DNA from: Microtetraspora sp.
GTDB taxonomy: Bacteria > Actinomycetota > Actinomycetes > Streptosporangiales > Streptosporangiaceae
Length of the DNA: 64,000 bases
NCBI GenBank assembly: GCA_044868295.1
Contig: JBIOWF010000229.1
Span: 12,651 to 76,650 of the forward strand
Reading direction: 5' to 3'
The stretch's first letter is position 1; each line of letters opens with the position of its first letter. Below the pieces are notes generated by a model, which saw only the letters and a list, made by a program, of their open reading frames with translations, was not told the DNA's origin and did not search any database. A program made the position numbers and the translations under genes. Shown here one piece after another: positions 9,568-19,268 of this stretch.

Positions 9568-9807
9568 ATGCGAGGGGGAGAGATTGTGGAGAGTAGCAGC
9601 GAGCGACTGCTGACCCCGGGAGAGGTTGCCGCCCTTTTCCGGGTCGACCCGAAAACCGTGACACGCTGGGCCGCGGCGGGGCGTATCAGTAGTATCCGTA
9701 CCCCCGGAGGGCACCGGCGTTTCCGCGAGTCGGAAGTGCACGCCCTTCTTCGTGGAGAGGACGTCCTCACGGCCGACCGGCCTAACGGCGACTCACCGCG
9801 AGTTTGA
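9568..9807 (+). CDS. bldC: BldC-type MerR/excisionase-like DNA-binding developmental regulator
   Basis: LLTPGEVAALFRVDPKTVTRWAAAGRISSIRTPGGHRRFRESEV closely matches the Streptomyces BldC core. The start may be an internal GTG. An AT-rich promoter region lies upstream. Confidence 0.8.
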   Translation: MRGGEIVESSSERLLTPGEVAALFRVDPKTVTRWAAAGRISSIRTPGGHRRFRESEVHALLRGEDVLTADRPNGDSPRV

Positions 9808-9990
9808 TGCACTGACCAGCACCAAGGTGATCCTGCGCGCTCCCGGACGCCGCAGGGTCACCCTAGTCAGTCCTGGCCGACCCCGGCCACCAGTTTTTCG
9901 ATCTGCTCCTGCTCGGCTCGGTCCTGCTCAACTCAATAGCTGTATGGCCCGTTTCGCCGCGAACGCACAGCGAGCACGTCATCCGCGTCA

Positions 9991-10257
9991 TCAGCCGGCG
10001 TCTTCGTCCACAGCCCGGCCCGGCTCGCGAGCGGCCTTGAAGGCGAGGAACTCCCGCTCCAGGTCGTCGTTCTCCTCCCGCCACCGGCGCCGCCGCTCGG
10101 CCTCCTCCTCCTCGGTGATCGATTCAGCCAGCCAGCGATCGTAGTCCGGCTCCCCCGGAGCGATCTCCACGTACGCGTTGCCGATCAGGCGCCCATCATC
10201 GCTGGTCAGTGATTGCGGCACGCGCAGGGTCCCGTCAGCGAGCCGGATCACGTACAT
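9991..10257 (-). CDS. Hypothetical small acidic protein
   Basis: 88 aa ORF, 10 nt downstream of the HExxH gene. Coiled, Glu-rich C-terminal half. No family recognised. Confidence 0.45.
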   Translation of the reverse strand: MYVIRLADGTLRVPQSLTSDDGRLIGNAYVEIAPGEPDYDRWLAESITEEEEAERRRRWREENDDLEREFLAFKAAREPGRAVDEDAG

Positions 10258-10267
10258 CCACGATCAC

Positions 10268-11008
10268 CTAGATTCCATAGCGCCTGTTGAAGAACAGCAT
10301 GACGTTGAGCGCCGTCCGCGTGTCACCGCCGAGCATGTCCACCAGGGCCGGACGCTGCCGCGACGCGATCGCCGCGAAGGCGTCGGCGAAGAACTCCTTG
10401 CGCCCGAGGCCGCCGGACTGCCGATGGAACGCCGAGGCGAGCAGCGGCACGCACTCTTCGTAGAGCGCGACGAACTCGGGAGAGTCCGACACCCACTCTC
10501 CCGGACCGGCGTCCACGTCGTCCAGAGCATGACCGACTTCGTGCATCATCACATCGGGTGTGGGCGACGGCCGGTCCCCTACGACGATCTTGCGGTCGCC
10601 GTACGCGCCCGCGCAGATGTCCCAGGTGGCGCGGCCGGAAGGGAGCGGGGCACCGCGCAGATAGCCCATGTCGTCGAGATCGGGGACGCCGCCCCGGCCG
10701 ACGTAGATGCCGTCCAGGCCGACGGCCAGCTTGGCCTTCAGCCGCTCGGGCAGGCGCGCCAGGCTGTCCACGGCCCGTACGGCGTCCGCCGAGGGCGGCC
10801 CCTCGGCCGCGTCCCACTGCCGGCAGAGAACCTGCTCCAGCGCCCCGCAGTGCCGGCGACCGTCCCTGTGGTCCGGCTCGTCGGGCCGGTGCGGCTCGGC
10901 GTACACGGGCTGGTCGTCGAGCTCGAAGTCCCGCCACGTGTACTGCGGCCGGTCCACCACTGGCGCGGTGACGGCGTGCATCCGCTCGACCGTCCGCTCC
11001 GGCGACAT
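10268..11008 (-). CDS. Putative zinc metallopeptidase (HExxH, lethal-factor-like fold suspected)
   Basis: MMHEVGHALDD motif preceded by GAYGDRKIVVG. ATG at 11008 has AGGAGA 9 nt upstream. The ORF track extends to 11218 without support. Confidence 0.55.
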   Translation of the reverse strand: MSPERTVERMHAVTAPVVDRPQYTWRDFELDDQPVYAEPHRPDEPDHRDGRRHCGALEQVLCRQWDAAEGPPSADAVRAVDSLARLPERLKAKLAVGLDGIYVGRGGVPDLDDMGYLRGAPLPSGRATWDICAGAYGDRKIVVGDRPSPTPDVMMHEVGHALDDVDAGPGEWVSDSPEFVALYEECVPLLASAFHRQSGGLGRKEFFADAFAAIASRQRPALVDMLGGDTRTALNVMLFFNRRYGI

Positions 11009-11277
11009 CTCGGACGTCTCCTGCGGACGGTGAAGCGACGAGTCCGGCCCCCGCTGCCACCACCGCGACCCTCGCCGGTGACGGCCTCTATCGCCCGGCT
11101 GTGCCATCGCACCTACCACTGCCTCGCATCGCCACCCACGGTGCCCATCGCCCTCGCCGCCCCTCACGACTCCGAAGCGGTACCGGTCCACCGTACGTTG
11201 CCGCTCCCGCCCCGTCATCCCGAATGATGTACGGCTCTCGCCCCAGGAACACGATTACGCGCCGTATGGCTTAACGT

Positions 11278-11595
11278 GTGGGCATGCCTAACGTGATTGT
11301 CGGTCTGGCGTTGCTGGGCTTCTGGCTCTACTGCCTGTTCGATGTGATCACGACGCCGGAGGCTTCGGTCCGCAACATGCCCAAGCTGATTTGGGTCCTC
11401 ATCGTGGTGCTCCTTGCCGACTTGGGCGGCGTGTTCTGGCTGTTCCTCGGCCGTCCCAAAGCCATGGCGACGCCAATGCCGCCCGCCGAGCCCGGGACGC
11501 GGCAGTGGCCCCCGCAGAGCCGGGCACCGCGCGGGCCGGACGACGACCCGGAGTTCCTGCGCAAGCTGGAGCGCCGCCTGCGGGACGAGGACTGA
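11278..11595 (+). CDS. PLD-nuclease N-terminal domain (PLDc_N) small membrane protein
   Basis: 105 aa with two TM helices (LWVLIVVLLADLGGVFWLFLG) and a basic/acidic tail. Confidence 0.65.
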   Translation: MGMPNVIVGLALLGFWLYCLFDVITTPEASVRNMPKLIWVLIVVLLADLGGVFWLFLGRPKAMATPMPPAEPGTRQWPPQSRAPRGPDDDPEFLRKLERRLRDED

Positions 11596-11620
11596 CCTCA
11601 GGACCGGCCGTGCGGACTGA

Positions 11621-12577
11621 TCACTTCGGGACGTCGGCGTAGGAGTGCAGGCCGCTGAAGAAGATGTTCACGCCGATCAGGTTGAACAGCAGGCAGCCGA
11701 ACGCGACCAGCGAGACGATCATGACTGCCTTGCCGCGCCAGCCGGCGGTCGCCCGTGCGTGCAGGTAGGCGGCGTACGCGACCCACGTGATGAACGCCCA
11801 GACCTCCTTGGGGTCCCAGCCCCAGTAACGGCCCCACGCCCGGTCCGCCCACAGGGCGCCGGCGATGACGGCGAAGGTCCAGATCGGGAACGAGATCACG
11901 ATCGCGCGGTGGGCGACGCGCTCCAGGTCGCTCTTCGAGGGCAGGACGGACAGCCGCCCGTCGTCGCGGATCAGGTACAGGATCGCGCAGACCCCGGCGA
12001 CGATGAAGAGGCCGCTGGCGACCACCGCCGCGGTGACGTGGATGGCGATCCAGTAGGAGTTCAGCGCGGGCATCACCGGGCCGGCCTGAACGTGCAGGAA
12101 GAGCACCGCGAAGCCGAGCCCGAGCGCGGCCGTCACGGTCACGAACGCGCCGAGGAAGCGGATGGGCTGGCGGACCAGCAGCACCAGGAACGCGGTCACG
12201 GCGGCGAAAGAGATGGCCACCACGAACTCGTACATGTTGCCCCACGGCCACCGGTCCACCGCGAGGCCACGGGTGAGGATCCCGGCGAGGTTGGCGGCCC
12301 AGCCGATCCAGGTGATCACGACCCCCGCCGCACCGGCCTTGACCGCCCACGCCGCGGGCTCCGGTCCCGTACGGCTCTCGCCCGCCGACGGCACGTCCAC
12401 GGCGGTACCGCCGTCGGGGCCGACCGAGACCCGCTCGCGGGTGGCGGCAGCCGTACGGGCACGCCCGAACGCGAGCTCCAGCGCATAGGCGATCATGGCG
12501 GCCAGATACAGCAGCACGGTCGCCAGGATGAGCTGGTCGCTCAGCGTGGCGAGTCCTTCGTTGACCTGGGTGGGCAT
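11621..12577 (-). CDS. ccsB: c-type cytochrome biogenesis protein CcsB (ResC)
   Basis: 318 aa polytopic protein with a WGxYWGWDPKE haem-handling motif. Confidence 0.9.
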   Translation of the reverse strand: MPTQVNEGLATLSDQLILATVLLYLAAMIAYALELAFGRARTAAATRERVSVGPDGGTAVDVPSAGESRTGPEPAAWAVKAGAAGVVITWIGWAANLAGILTRGLAVDRWPWGNMYEFVVAISFAAVTAFLVLLVRQPIRFLGAFVTVTAALGLGFAVLFLHVQAGPVMPALNSYWIAIHVTAAVVASGLFIVAGVCAILYLIRDDGRLSVLPSKSDLERVAHRAIVISFPIWTFAVIAGALWADRAWGRYWGWDPKEVWAFITWVAYAAYLHARATAGWRGKAVMIVSLVAFGCLLFNLIGVNIFFSGLHSYADVPK

Positions 12578-12580
12578 CTC

Positions 12581-14149
12581 TTACTCCTCCGGCACTGGCA
12601 CGCCGCGGAGCATCGCGACGATCTCGGCGAACTCCTGCGCGATGGCCGCGCCTCCGCCTTCGGTGCGGGCCAATCCTCCCACTGTGACCGCCCGGCCCGT
12701 TATCCGCACCCAGATGCGACGGCGCCGGATCGTCAGGGAGAGCACCAGCCCGATCACGGCGGCGGCCGCCGCCAGGAGGGCGGGCATCCGGCCCGGGTCA
12801 TAGGTCGTCTGGAGGCTGATCCACTCCTTGACCCCGGTGAACTGGATCTTCCCGGCGCCGTCCGCGAGGTCCAGGGTGTCGCCGACATTGAGCGGCTTCG
12901 GCTGGTGGGACATCTTGCCCAGCGGCTTCAGCTTGTCGGTGTCGAGCTGGTAGACCGACTGCGGCTGCCCCGACTTCATGCCGAGATCGCCGGCGAATGG
13001 GAAGACCTGGACCGTCGGGTTGGCCGCGCCGGGGAACACCGACACCCAGCTCCCGCCGTTCGGGACCGTGGTGGGCAGGAAGCGAACGAGGAAGCCGAGC
13101 TGGTCGGGCTGGGCGTCGGGCGCCTTGATGACGCATTCGGACGTGTAGGTCGCCTGGTCGTTCGCCAGGCACGGAACCGGCCCTTCGAACGCCGTCTGTC
13201 CTTTGCCGTCGATCACCTTGAACGTCGGGGCGTACCCGTGGCCGATCAGGTAGGTGAGGGTGCCGTTGACGTCGAGCGGGTCATTGACCTTGAGGACGAC
13301 GTCTCTGGCGGGCGAGGAGGGCGAGTCCTGGACCGACAGCGTCGCCGAGTAGTCGAGCGGCTGGCCCTGCTTCTCACCCGCGGCGACGTAGGTGGCCTGG
13401 AAGTCCTTCAGCGTGAACGAGTACGGCTCCAGGGACTCGGCCGACACCCGCTGGCCGGGCATGTACCTGTCGTAGGCGGCCACCGTGTTGGCGAAGCCCT
13501 CGCCCTCCACGACGAGGACGTTTCCGCGGTAGCCGTACAGGCCGCCCGCGCCGACGGCGAAGAGCAGCACGAGCAGCGCGAGGTGGAACACCAGGTTGCC
13601 GGTTTCGCGCAGGTGGCCCTTCTCGGCCGCGACCCAGCCATCTCCGGTGACGACCCGGAACCGCCTCCTCCGGAGTCGCTCCGCCACGTCGTCGACGGTC
13701 AGGTCGGCGTCGAACTCGTCGCTGTGCGGCAGCCGGCGCAGGTTGCGCGGCGCCGCGGGCGGGCGGCGGCGGATCTCCTTGAGGTGGACGAGCGCCCGTG
13801 GGAACACGCACCCCGCGAGCGAGATGAACAGCAGCAGGTAGATGGCCGCGAACCAGGGTGACGTGAAGACGTCGAACAGCCAGAACCGGTCCAGCCACTC
13901 GGCCTCGGCCGGGTTGTTCGCGAAATATTGGGCGACCTTGCCCGGGTCGACGCCGCGCTGCGGGTAGATCGAGCCGGGCACCGAGCCCAGCGCGAACAGG
14001 AACAACAGGATCAGCGCCGTGCGCATCGACGTGAGCGTCCGCCAGCCCCACCGCAGCCAGCCGACGGGGCCGAGCCCGACCGGCCGGACGGCCTCCGCTG
14101 GGACCTCCTCGATGGCCCGTGGTGTCTCGGTCTCGTTTGGCACAGTCAT
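12581..14149 (-). CDS. resB: Cytochrome c biogenesis protein ResB
   Basis: Start MTVPNETE at 14149 overlaps the ccdA stop (TGATG). Body is ResB-like (LTSMRTALILLFLFALGSVPGSIYPQRG). The 735-aa ORF-track extension is not credible. Confidence 0.88.
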   Translation of the reverse strand: MTVPNETETPRAIEEVPAEAVRPVGLGPVGWLRWGWRTLTSMRTALILLFLFALGSVPGSIYPQRGVDPGKVAQYFANNPAEAEWLDRFWLFDVFTSPWFAAIYLLLFISLAGCVFPRALVHLKEIRRRPPAAPRNLRRLPHSDEFDADLTVDDVAERLRRRRFRVVTGDGWVAAEKGHLRETGNLVFHLALLVLLFAVGAGGLYGYRGNVLVVEGEGFANTVAAYDRYMPGQRVSAESLEPYSFTLKDFQATYVAAGEKQGQPLDYSATLSVQDSPSSPARDVVLKVNDPLDVNGTLTYLIGHGYAPTFKVIDGKGQTAFEGPVPCLANDQATYTSECVIKAPDAQPDQLGFLVRFLPTTVPNGGSWVSVFPGAANPTVQVFPFAGDLGMKSGQPQSVYQLDTDKLKPLGKMSHQPKPLNVGDTLDLADGAGKIQFTGVKEWISLQTTYDPGRMPALLAAAAAVIGLVLSLTIRRRRIWVRITGRAVTVGGLARTEGGGAAIAQEFAEIVAMLRGVPVPEE

Positions 14150-14889
14150 CAGATCACCGGTTCGAATCCGCCCACCCAGCCCTGCAGCCCCGCGACGAGG
14201 TCCCCCCAGAGGCCGGTGACGAGCAGCAGGCCGACGGCGACCAGCATGGCACCACCGACGCGCGTGATGAGCGGGGAGTGGCGGCGGACCGTCTTGAACG
14301 CGGCCAGCGCCTTGCGATAGGCCAGCCCGGCCAGCACGAAGGGAAGCCCGAGACCCAGCGCGTACGCGAAGGCGAGCGTGGCGCCACGGGCGGCGCTGCC
14401 CTGGTCGACGGAGAGCGTGAGGACCACGGCGAGCGTCGGCCCGATGCACGGCGTCCAGCCGAGCCCGAAGACGACACCGAGCAGCGGCGCGCCCGCCAGC
14501 CCGGCCGCCGGGAGCCGGTGGATGCGCATGTCGCGCTGGAGGCCGGGAATCAGGCCGAGGAAGGCCAGGCCGAGAACGATCGTCAGACCGCCGAGCACGC
14601 GGGTGATGACGTCGGCGCTGCCGAGCAGAACGCCTCCGAGCCCGCCGAACAACGCGCCGCCCAGCACGAACACGGCCGCGAAGCCGAGGACGAAGAGGGC
14701 ACTGCCGAGGACCATCCGGCTCCGCTTCGGGTCGCCGCTCATGCCCGTGACGTACGACAGGTAGCCGGGGACCAGCGGCAGCACGCACGGCGAGAGGAAC
14801 GACACCAGGCCGGCCGCCACCGCGATGGGCACGGCGACCAGGAGCGAGCCGGAGGCGACGGTGCCGGCGAGGTCGGTGGCCATGGTCAT
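14149..14889 (-). CDS. ccdA: Cytochrome c biogenesis protein CcdA
   Basis: 246 aa membrane protein with SPCVLPLVPGYL and TPCIGP motifs. Confidence 0.9.
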   Translation of the reverse strand: MTMATDLAGTVASGSLLVAVPIAVAAGLVSFLSPCVLPLVPGYLSYVTGMSGDPKRSRMVLGSALFVLGFAAVFVLGGALFGGLGGVLLGSADVITRVLGGLTIVLGLAFLGLIPGLQRDMRIHRLPAAGLAGAPLLGVVFGLGWTPCIGPTLAVVLTLSVDQGSAARGATLAFAYALGLGLPFVLAGLAYRKALAAFKTVRRHSPLITRVGGAMLVAVGLLLVTGLWGDLVAGLQGWVGGFEPVI

Positions 14890-14898
14890 GCCGTCACG

Positions 14899-15471
14899 TC
14901 ACTTGCTCTCATCGCTGACCTGGGTGACCGCCGTCAGGAGCTCGTTGTACTTGACGGCGCCGAGGGCGCGGGCGGCGATGCGGCCCTGCCTGTCGATGAT
15001 CAGAGTCGAGGGGATGGCCGCCGGAGGGACGGTGCCCTGGAAGGCGAGCAGGACCTTGCCGGTCTTGTCGAAGATGCTCGGATAGCCCGGCTGGAGGGCG
15101 CGGTCGTAGGCCTGGGCCGATGCCTGGAGGTCCTTGAAGTTGACGCCGACGAACTCGACGCCGTCGCCCTTCGTCCTGGCCGCGATGTCCTTCAGCACCG
15201 GCGCCTCAGCCCGGCAGGGGGCGCACCAGGAGGCCCAGAAGTTCAGGACGTAGACCTTGCCCGAGCCGAGCCCGGCCGTACCGCCGTCAAGGGTCGCACC
15301 CTCGACCACCGGGGCTTTCGCGCGGTCCGCGGCGTCGAACACCTGAACCTTGCCGTCGCCCGCGATGAAGCGCGTGTCGCCGGACTGCGGCTGCGCCGCC
15401 TGACCGCCCGCGCACCCGGCGACGGCCGTCACGGCCAGCGCGGCGATCACATACAGGCTCTTGGCGGACAC
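14899..15471 (-). CDS. TlpA/ResA-family thiol-disulfide oxidoreductase (lipoprotein)
   Basis: GTG at 15471 with AGGAG upstream. Lipobox AVAGC and a thioredoxin WCAPC motif. Upstream of ccdA-resB-ccsB. Confidence 0.85.
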   Translation of the reverse strand: MSAKSLYVIAALAVTAVAGCAGGQAAQPQSGDTRFIAGDGKVQVFDAADRAKAPVVEGATLDGGTAGLGSGKVYVLNFWASWCAPCRAEAPVLKDIAARTKGDGVEFVGVNFKDLQASAQAYDRALQPGYPSIFDKTGKVLLAFQGTVPPAAIPSTLIIDRQGRIAARALGAVKYNELLTAVTQVSDESK

Positions 15472-15547
15472 GGGAGGAGGATCTCCTAGCACTACAACCG
15501 GTAGAGCTGTCACTCTACCCAGCGTGCACGGCACTCTCGCCAGCGGG

Positions 15548-16186
15548 TCAGGCGCCCGGGACGGCGTCGCCCCGCAGGAGCGAGCCCGCGGGCTCGCTGT
15601 AGCCGACGCTGACGAGCCGGTCGCCTTCGAAAGTGAGGCTGGTGAGGCTGGCCAGCGAGCACTGGCGACGGCGGGGATCGTGCCACAGCCGACGGCCCTC
15701 CGCGGCCAGACGCATGATCCAGATCGGCAACTGGTGGCTGACGAGAACCGCCTCATGGCCCCGGGCCAGGTCACGGACCTCGTCGATGGCGGACTTCATG
15801 CGGGAGACCACGACCATGTACGGCTCGCCCCACGACGGCGCGAACGGGTTCCTGAAGTGACGGTAGTTGCGAGGGTCGCGGAACACGCCGACGCCGCCCG
15901 TCAGCCGCATCCCCTCGAAGACGTTGGCCGCCTCGATCAGCCGGTCATCGAGCCTGACCTCCAGACCCAGCGCCTCGGCGGAGGGCGCCGCGGTCTCCTG
16001 CGCGCGCTCCATCGGCGAGCTCCACAGCTCGACGACGTCACGGCCCGAGATCGCCTTGGCGACCGTCTCGGCCATCTGGCGGCCGTTCTCGGAGAGGTGG
16101 TAGCCGGGGAGCCTGCCGTACAGGACGCCGCTGGGGTTGTGGACCTCGCCGTGGCGGAGCAGGTGGACGACCGTGGTCTCAGTCAT
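15548..16186 (-). CDS. Histidine phosphatase (phosphoglycerate mutase) family protein
   Basis: Has the LLRHGE catalytic motif. Position between hemL and the ccs genes matches Mycobacterium Rv0525. Confidence 0.85.
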   Translation of the reverse strand: MTETTVVHLLRHGEVHNPSGVLYGRLPGYHLSENGRQMAETVAKAISGRDVVELWSSPMERAQETAAPSAEALGLEVRLDDRLIEAANVFEGMRLTGGVGVFRDPRNYRHFRNPFAPSWGEPYMVVVSRMKSAIDEVRDLARGHEAVLVSHQLPIWIMRLAAEGRRLWHDPRRRQCSLASLTSLTFEGDRLVSVGYSEPAGSLLRGDAVPGA

Positions 16187-16213
16187 GGTGCCGACAAGCC
16201 TACCGGTCCTCGT

Positions 16214-17119
16214 TCACGCTTCCAGGTCGGCGCAGGCGGCGCGCAGGGCCTCGACGGCCGCACGGATGGCGGGCCGGCGGGCGGCGTCGGTCCGCCACAG
16301 CGCGTAGATGCGCCGGATGGGCCTCGGCCGGATCGGAACCATCCGGACGCCCTCGGGCACGGCTCCCCGGCCGAGCCGGGGGATCACCGCGTAGCCGTGC
16401 CCGGCCGCGACCAGGGCGAGCTGGGTCGGATACTCGTCCGCCGTGCACACGACCTGCGGTTCCTTCCCGGACGAGCGGATCAGGAACATCAGGAAGTCGT
16501 TGCAGACGGTGCCGCACGAGGAGGAGATCCAGCTGTCGTCGGGAAGCTCGGCGATCTCGATCTCGGATCTGTCCGCAAGCGGATGGTCGGCGGGGAGGGC
16601 GATGTCCGCGATGTCGTCCAGGAGCATGGCCCGGGACAGCCCCTCCGGGACCGCCATCGGCCGGTTGAGCCAGTCCTGCGACACCGCGAGGTCGATCTCC
16701 CCCCGGGTCACCTCGCGGACCTGCCGCTCGGGCTCACGCTCGTAGACGCGCAGGCCGAGATCCGGATGACGCTCCTTCAGCAGCGACAGCGCGCGCGGTA
16801 TGACGCCCCTGACCACCGTCGGGAAGGCCGCGATGGAGAGCTTGCCGACGACGGCGCCGCGCAGCGCCTCGAAGTCCGCCTCGGCCGTCTCCACGAGGGC
16901 CAGGATCCGCTCGGCATGCTCGGCGAGCAGCCCGGCGGCGTCGGTGAGCTTCACCCCGCGCCCGTTGCGCTCGACCAGCACGGCTCCGGTCTCGCGTTCG
17001 AGCTTCGCGAGCTGCTGGGAGATGGCCGAGGGCGTCACCATCAGCGCGTCGGCCGCGGCGCCGACCGACCCGTAGACGGCCACCGCCCGCAAGGCCTTCA
17101 ACCTGTTCAGATCCAACAC
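16214..17119 (-). CDS. LysR-family transcriptional regulator
   Basis: N-terminal HTH (SVGAAADALMVTPSAISQQLAKLE) plus a LysR substrate-binding domain. Confidence 0.9.
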   Translation of the reverse strand: MLDLNRLKALRAVAVYGSVGAAADALMVTPSAISQQLAKLERETGAVLVERNGRGVKLTDAAGLLAEHAERILALVETAEADFEALRGAVVGKLSIAAFPTVVRGVIPRALSLLKERHPDLGLRVYEREPERQVREVTRGEIDLAVSQDWLNRPMAVPEGLSRAMLLDDIADIALPADHPLADRSEIEIAELPDDSWISSSCGTVCNDFLMFLIRSSGKEPQVVCTADEYPTQLALVAAGHGYAVIPRLGRGAVPEGVRMVPIRPRPIRRIYALWRTDAARRPAIRAAVEALRAACADLEA

Positions 17120-17192
17120 GTAAGTCAGTCTAAACCGTGCGGCTTAGAAAATCTCGCTTGTGCTCAATTATTTAGCGATGCAGGCTAGAGGC

Positions 17193-17321
17193 ATGAGAAT
17201 TCTGAACAACCTCTTCACAAAGCAGTCCCGCCCGAGCGAGATCTCCTACCTGGAGACCCTGGCCGCACAGGCTCGCAAGAGCCGTAGCCGTGGCGCCAAG
17301 CGGGCCCACCAAGCCCACTGA
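17193..17321 (+). CDS. Candidate small ORF (42 aa), divergent from the LysR gene
   Basis: Reads MRILNNLFTKQSRPSEISYLETLAAQARKSRSRGAKRAHQAH. Shares a YLxxLAxQAR motif with ORF 17506-17730. Weak RBS. Confidence 0.25.
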   Translation: MRILNNLFTKQSRPSEISYLETLAAQARKSRSRGAKRAHQAH

Positions 17322-17505
17322 CACTTGACCGGACCAGGAAAGATCACGCCCATGAACCGCCACCGCCACCACCGAGTGGGGCCGGGCGGTGCCGCCGCGC
17401 GCGAGGCCACCCCGCGCGGGCGGCGATGGGCACGGTCGACCGGGAGAGCACTGGTAAATTCTAAAAACAACAGAAGTTTATATAGAAACCACCGCAAGGA
17501 ACGGC

Positions 17506-17730
17506 ATGCTTCTCCCCTCACTTGACGTCGCGCATCTCACCGACGCCCACGGCCTCGTCCTGGCCGGTCTCCTCTCCCTCAGGTCGCGATCTCGGAAGAC
17601 CCCCGCGCCCGCGCCTACGAGCGGATACCTGCGCAACCTCGCCATCCAGGCCCGAGCCCGCCGCGCGACCCCCACGTTCCAACTCCCGCCCGAGATCTTC
17701 ACCAGCGAGGCGCAACACCAAGGGCAGTGA
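17506..17730 (+). CDS. Candidate small ORF (74 aa), paralogous motif to 17193-17321
   Basis: AAGGA lies 5 nt upstream of the ATG and an AT-rich stretch precedes it. Contains GYLRNLAIQARARR. Confidence 0.3.
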   Translation: MLLPSLDVAHLTDAHGLVLAGLLSLRSRSRKTPAPAPTSGYLRNLAIQARARRATPTFQLPPEIFTSEAQHQGQ

Positions 17731-17767
17731 GCGGTACGGCAAGCCGGAGAGATCGACCTTCCGCAGA

Positions 17768-19072
17768 TCAGGTCGCCGGTACGGCCTGCGCCGCGGCCTT
17801 CGCGGCGATGGGGAGGGCCTCGGCCACACGGGTGAGCGCCTCGTCGTCGTGGGCGGCCGAGAGGAACCACGCCTCATAGGCCGACGGGGGCAGGTACACG
17901 CCCTGATCGAGCATGCTGTGGAAGAACGCGCGGTACGCGTCGGTGTTCTGGGTCTTGGCCGAGTCGAAGTCGGTCACCGGCCGATCGGTGAAGAAGATCG
18001 AGAACAGGTTTCCGGCCCGCTGGAGACGGTGCGGCACACCCGCCGCCGCCAGGGCGTCGGACGCGGCCCGGCCGATCACCAGCGCGGCGGCGTCCACACG
18101 GTCGTAGACGTCGTCGTCGCACGCCTGGAGCGTGGCCAGCCCGGCGGCACAGGCGAGCGGGTTACCGGACAGCGTGCCGGCCTGGTAGACCGGGCCCTCC
18201 GGGGCCAGGAAGGCCATCACGTCGGCCCGGCCGCCGAACGCCGCCGCGGGCAGACCACCCCCCATGACCTTGCCGAACGTCATCAGGTCCGCCTCGACGG
18301 GGTCGAGACCGTACCACCCGGCCGCGGAGACGCGGAAGCCGGTGAGCACCTCGTCGAGGATCAGCAGCGCGCCGTGCTCCGTGCAGAGCTCACGCAGCCG
18401 CCGGTTGAAGCCCGCCGACGGCGGGACCACTCCCATGTTCGCCGGGCACGCCTCAGTGATCACGCAGGCGATCTCGAACGCCTGGAACGCCTCCTCGACG
18501 GCCTCGATCGAGTTGTACGGCAGCACGATCGTGTCGGCGGCGGACGCCCCCGTCACGCCAGGAGTGTCCGGCAGGCCGAACGTGACGACGCCGGACCCGG
18601 CGGCGGCGAGCAGGGCGTCGACGTGCCCGTGGTAGCAGCCCGCGAACTTCACCACCTTCGACCGCCCGGTGAAACCACGCGCGAGCCGTACGGCCGACAT
18701 CGTGGCCTCGGTGCCGGAGCTGACCAGGCGGACCTTCTCCACCGGCTCGACGCGGGAGACGATCTCCTCCGCGAGCAGGACCTCTCCCTCGGTCGCGGTG
18801 CCGAACGAGAATCCCCGCGAGAGCGCCTCACCGAGCGCCTCGACGACCGCCGGATGCCGATGGCCGAGGATCATCGGACCCCATGAGCAGACGAGGTCGA
18901 CATAGGTGTTGCCGTCGACGTCCGTGACGTACGGGCCCTGGCCGGAAGCCATGAACCGGGGGGTGCCGCCGACCGCGCCGAATGCGCGCACCGGCGAATT
19001 GACGCCGCCGGGCACGATCTGCCGGGCACGGTCGAACAGGTCCTCAGAGGTCTGCGTACGAGTCACGCACAC
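17768..19072 (-). CDS. hemL: Glutamate-1-semialdehyde 2,1-aminomutase
   Basis: 434 aa with a typical HemL sequence ([13 protein letters not shown]-lysine region [10 protein letters not shown]). Confidence 0.95.
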   Translation of the reverse strand: MCVTRTQTSEDLFDRARQIVPGGVNSPVRAFGAVGGTPRFMASGQGPYVTDVDGNTYVDLVCSWGPMILGHRHPAVVEALGEALSRGFSFGTATEGEVLLAEEIVSRVEPVEKVRLVSSGTEATMSAVRLARGFTGRSKVVKFAGCYHGHVDALLAAAGSGVVTFGLPDTPGVTGASAADTIVLPYNSIEAVEEAFQAFEIACVITEACPANMGVVPPSAGFNRRLRELCTEHGALLILDEVLTGFRVSAAGWYGLDPVEADLMTFGKVMGGGLPAAAFGGRADVMAFLAPEGPVYQAGTLSGNPLACAAGLATLQACDDDVYDRVDAAALVIGRAASDALAAAGVPHRLQRAGNLFSIFFTDRPVTDFDSAKTQNTDAYRAFFHSMLDQGVYLPPSAYEAWFLSAAHDDEALTRVAEALPIAAKAAAQAVPAT

Positions 19073-19268
19073 AGATTACGGGCCTCACCGGCCGGTCTCA
19101 GCTCTGGCACCGGCACTCGGCGGTCCGGGTGAGATCGCTGCCGGAGCCGGAGTGGCGATCGCTCTCGCCGCCGCCGTCATCGCCTATCTGGCGTCCGGGC
19201 ACCGGAACGACGATCCTGCCGATCCCGGCCCGGCGGACCTGTCACCGGGGTGTTGAGGTGCGGTCGGG

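Noticed and set aside
9863-9990. A possible degenerate MSER-like copy after the 88-aa gene (contains GTGCGTTCGCGGCGAA and ACCGAGCCGAGCAGGAG).
   Set aside because: The similarity is limited to two short blocks, and no downstream gene exists to couple to because bldC is convergent. Kept only as a candidate for a formal profile search.
14156-14172. A tRNA T-loop-like string GGTTCGAATCC.
   Set aside because: The flanking bases cannot form a T-stem or an acceptor stem. The string lies inside the ccdA coding region (it encodes GGFEPV on the other strand).
19100-19256. A possible small TM peptide (…IAAGAGVAIALAAAVIAYLASGHRNDD…) between hemL and the E1-like gene.
   Set aside because: It is only the tail of a long spurious plus-strand ORF overlapping hemL. 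It has no convincing start or Shine-Dalgarno sequence and cannot be supported from sequence alone.
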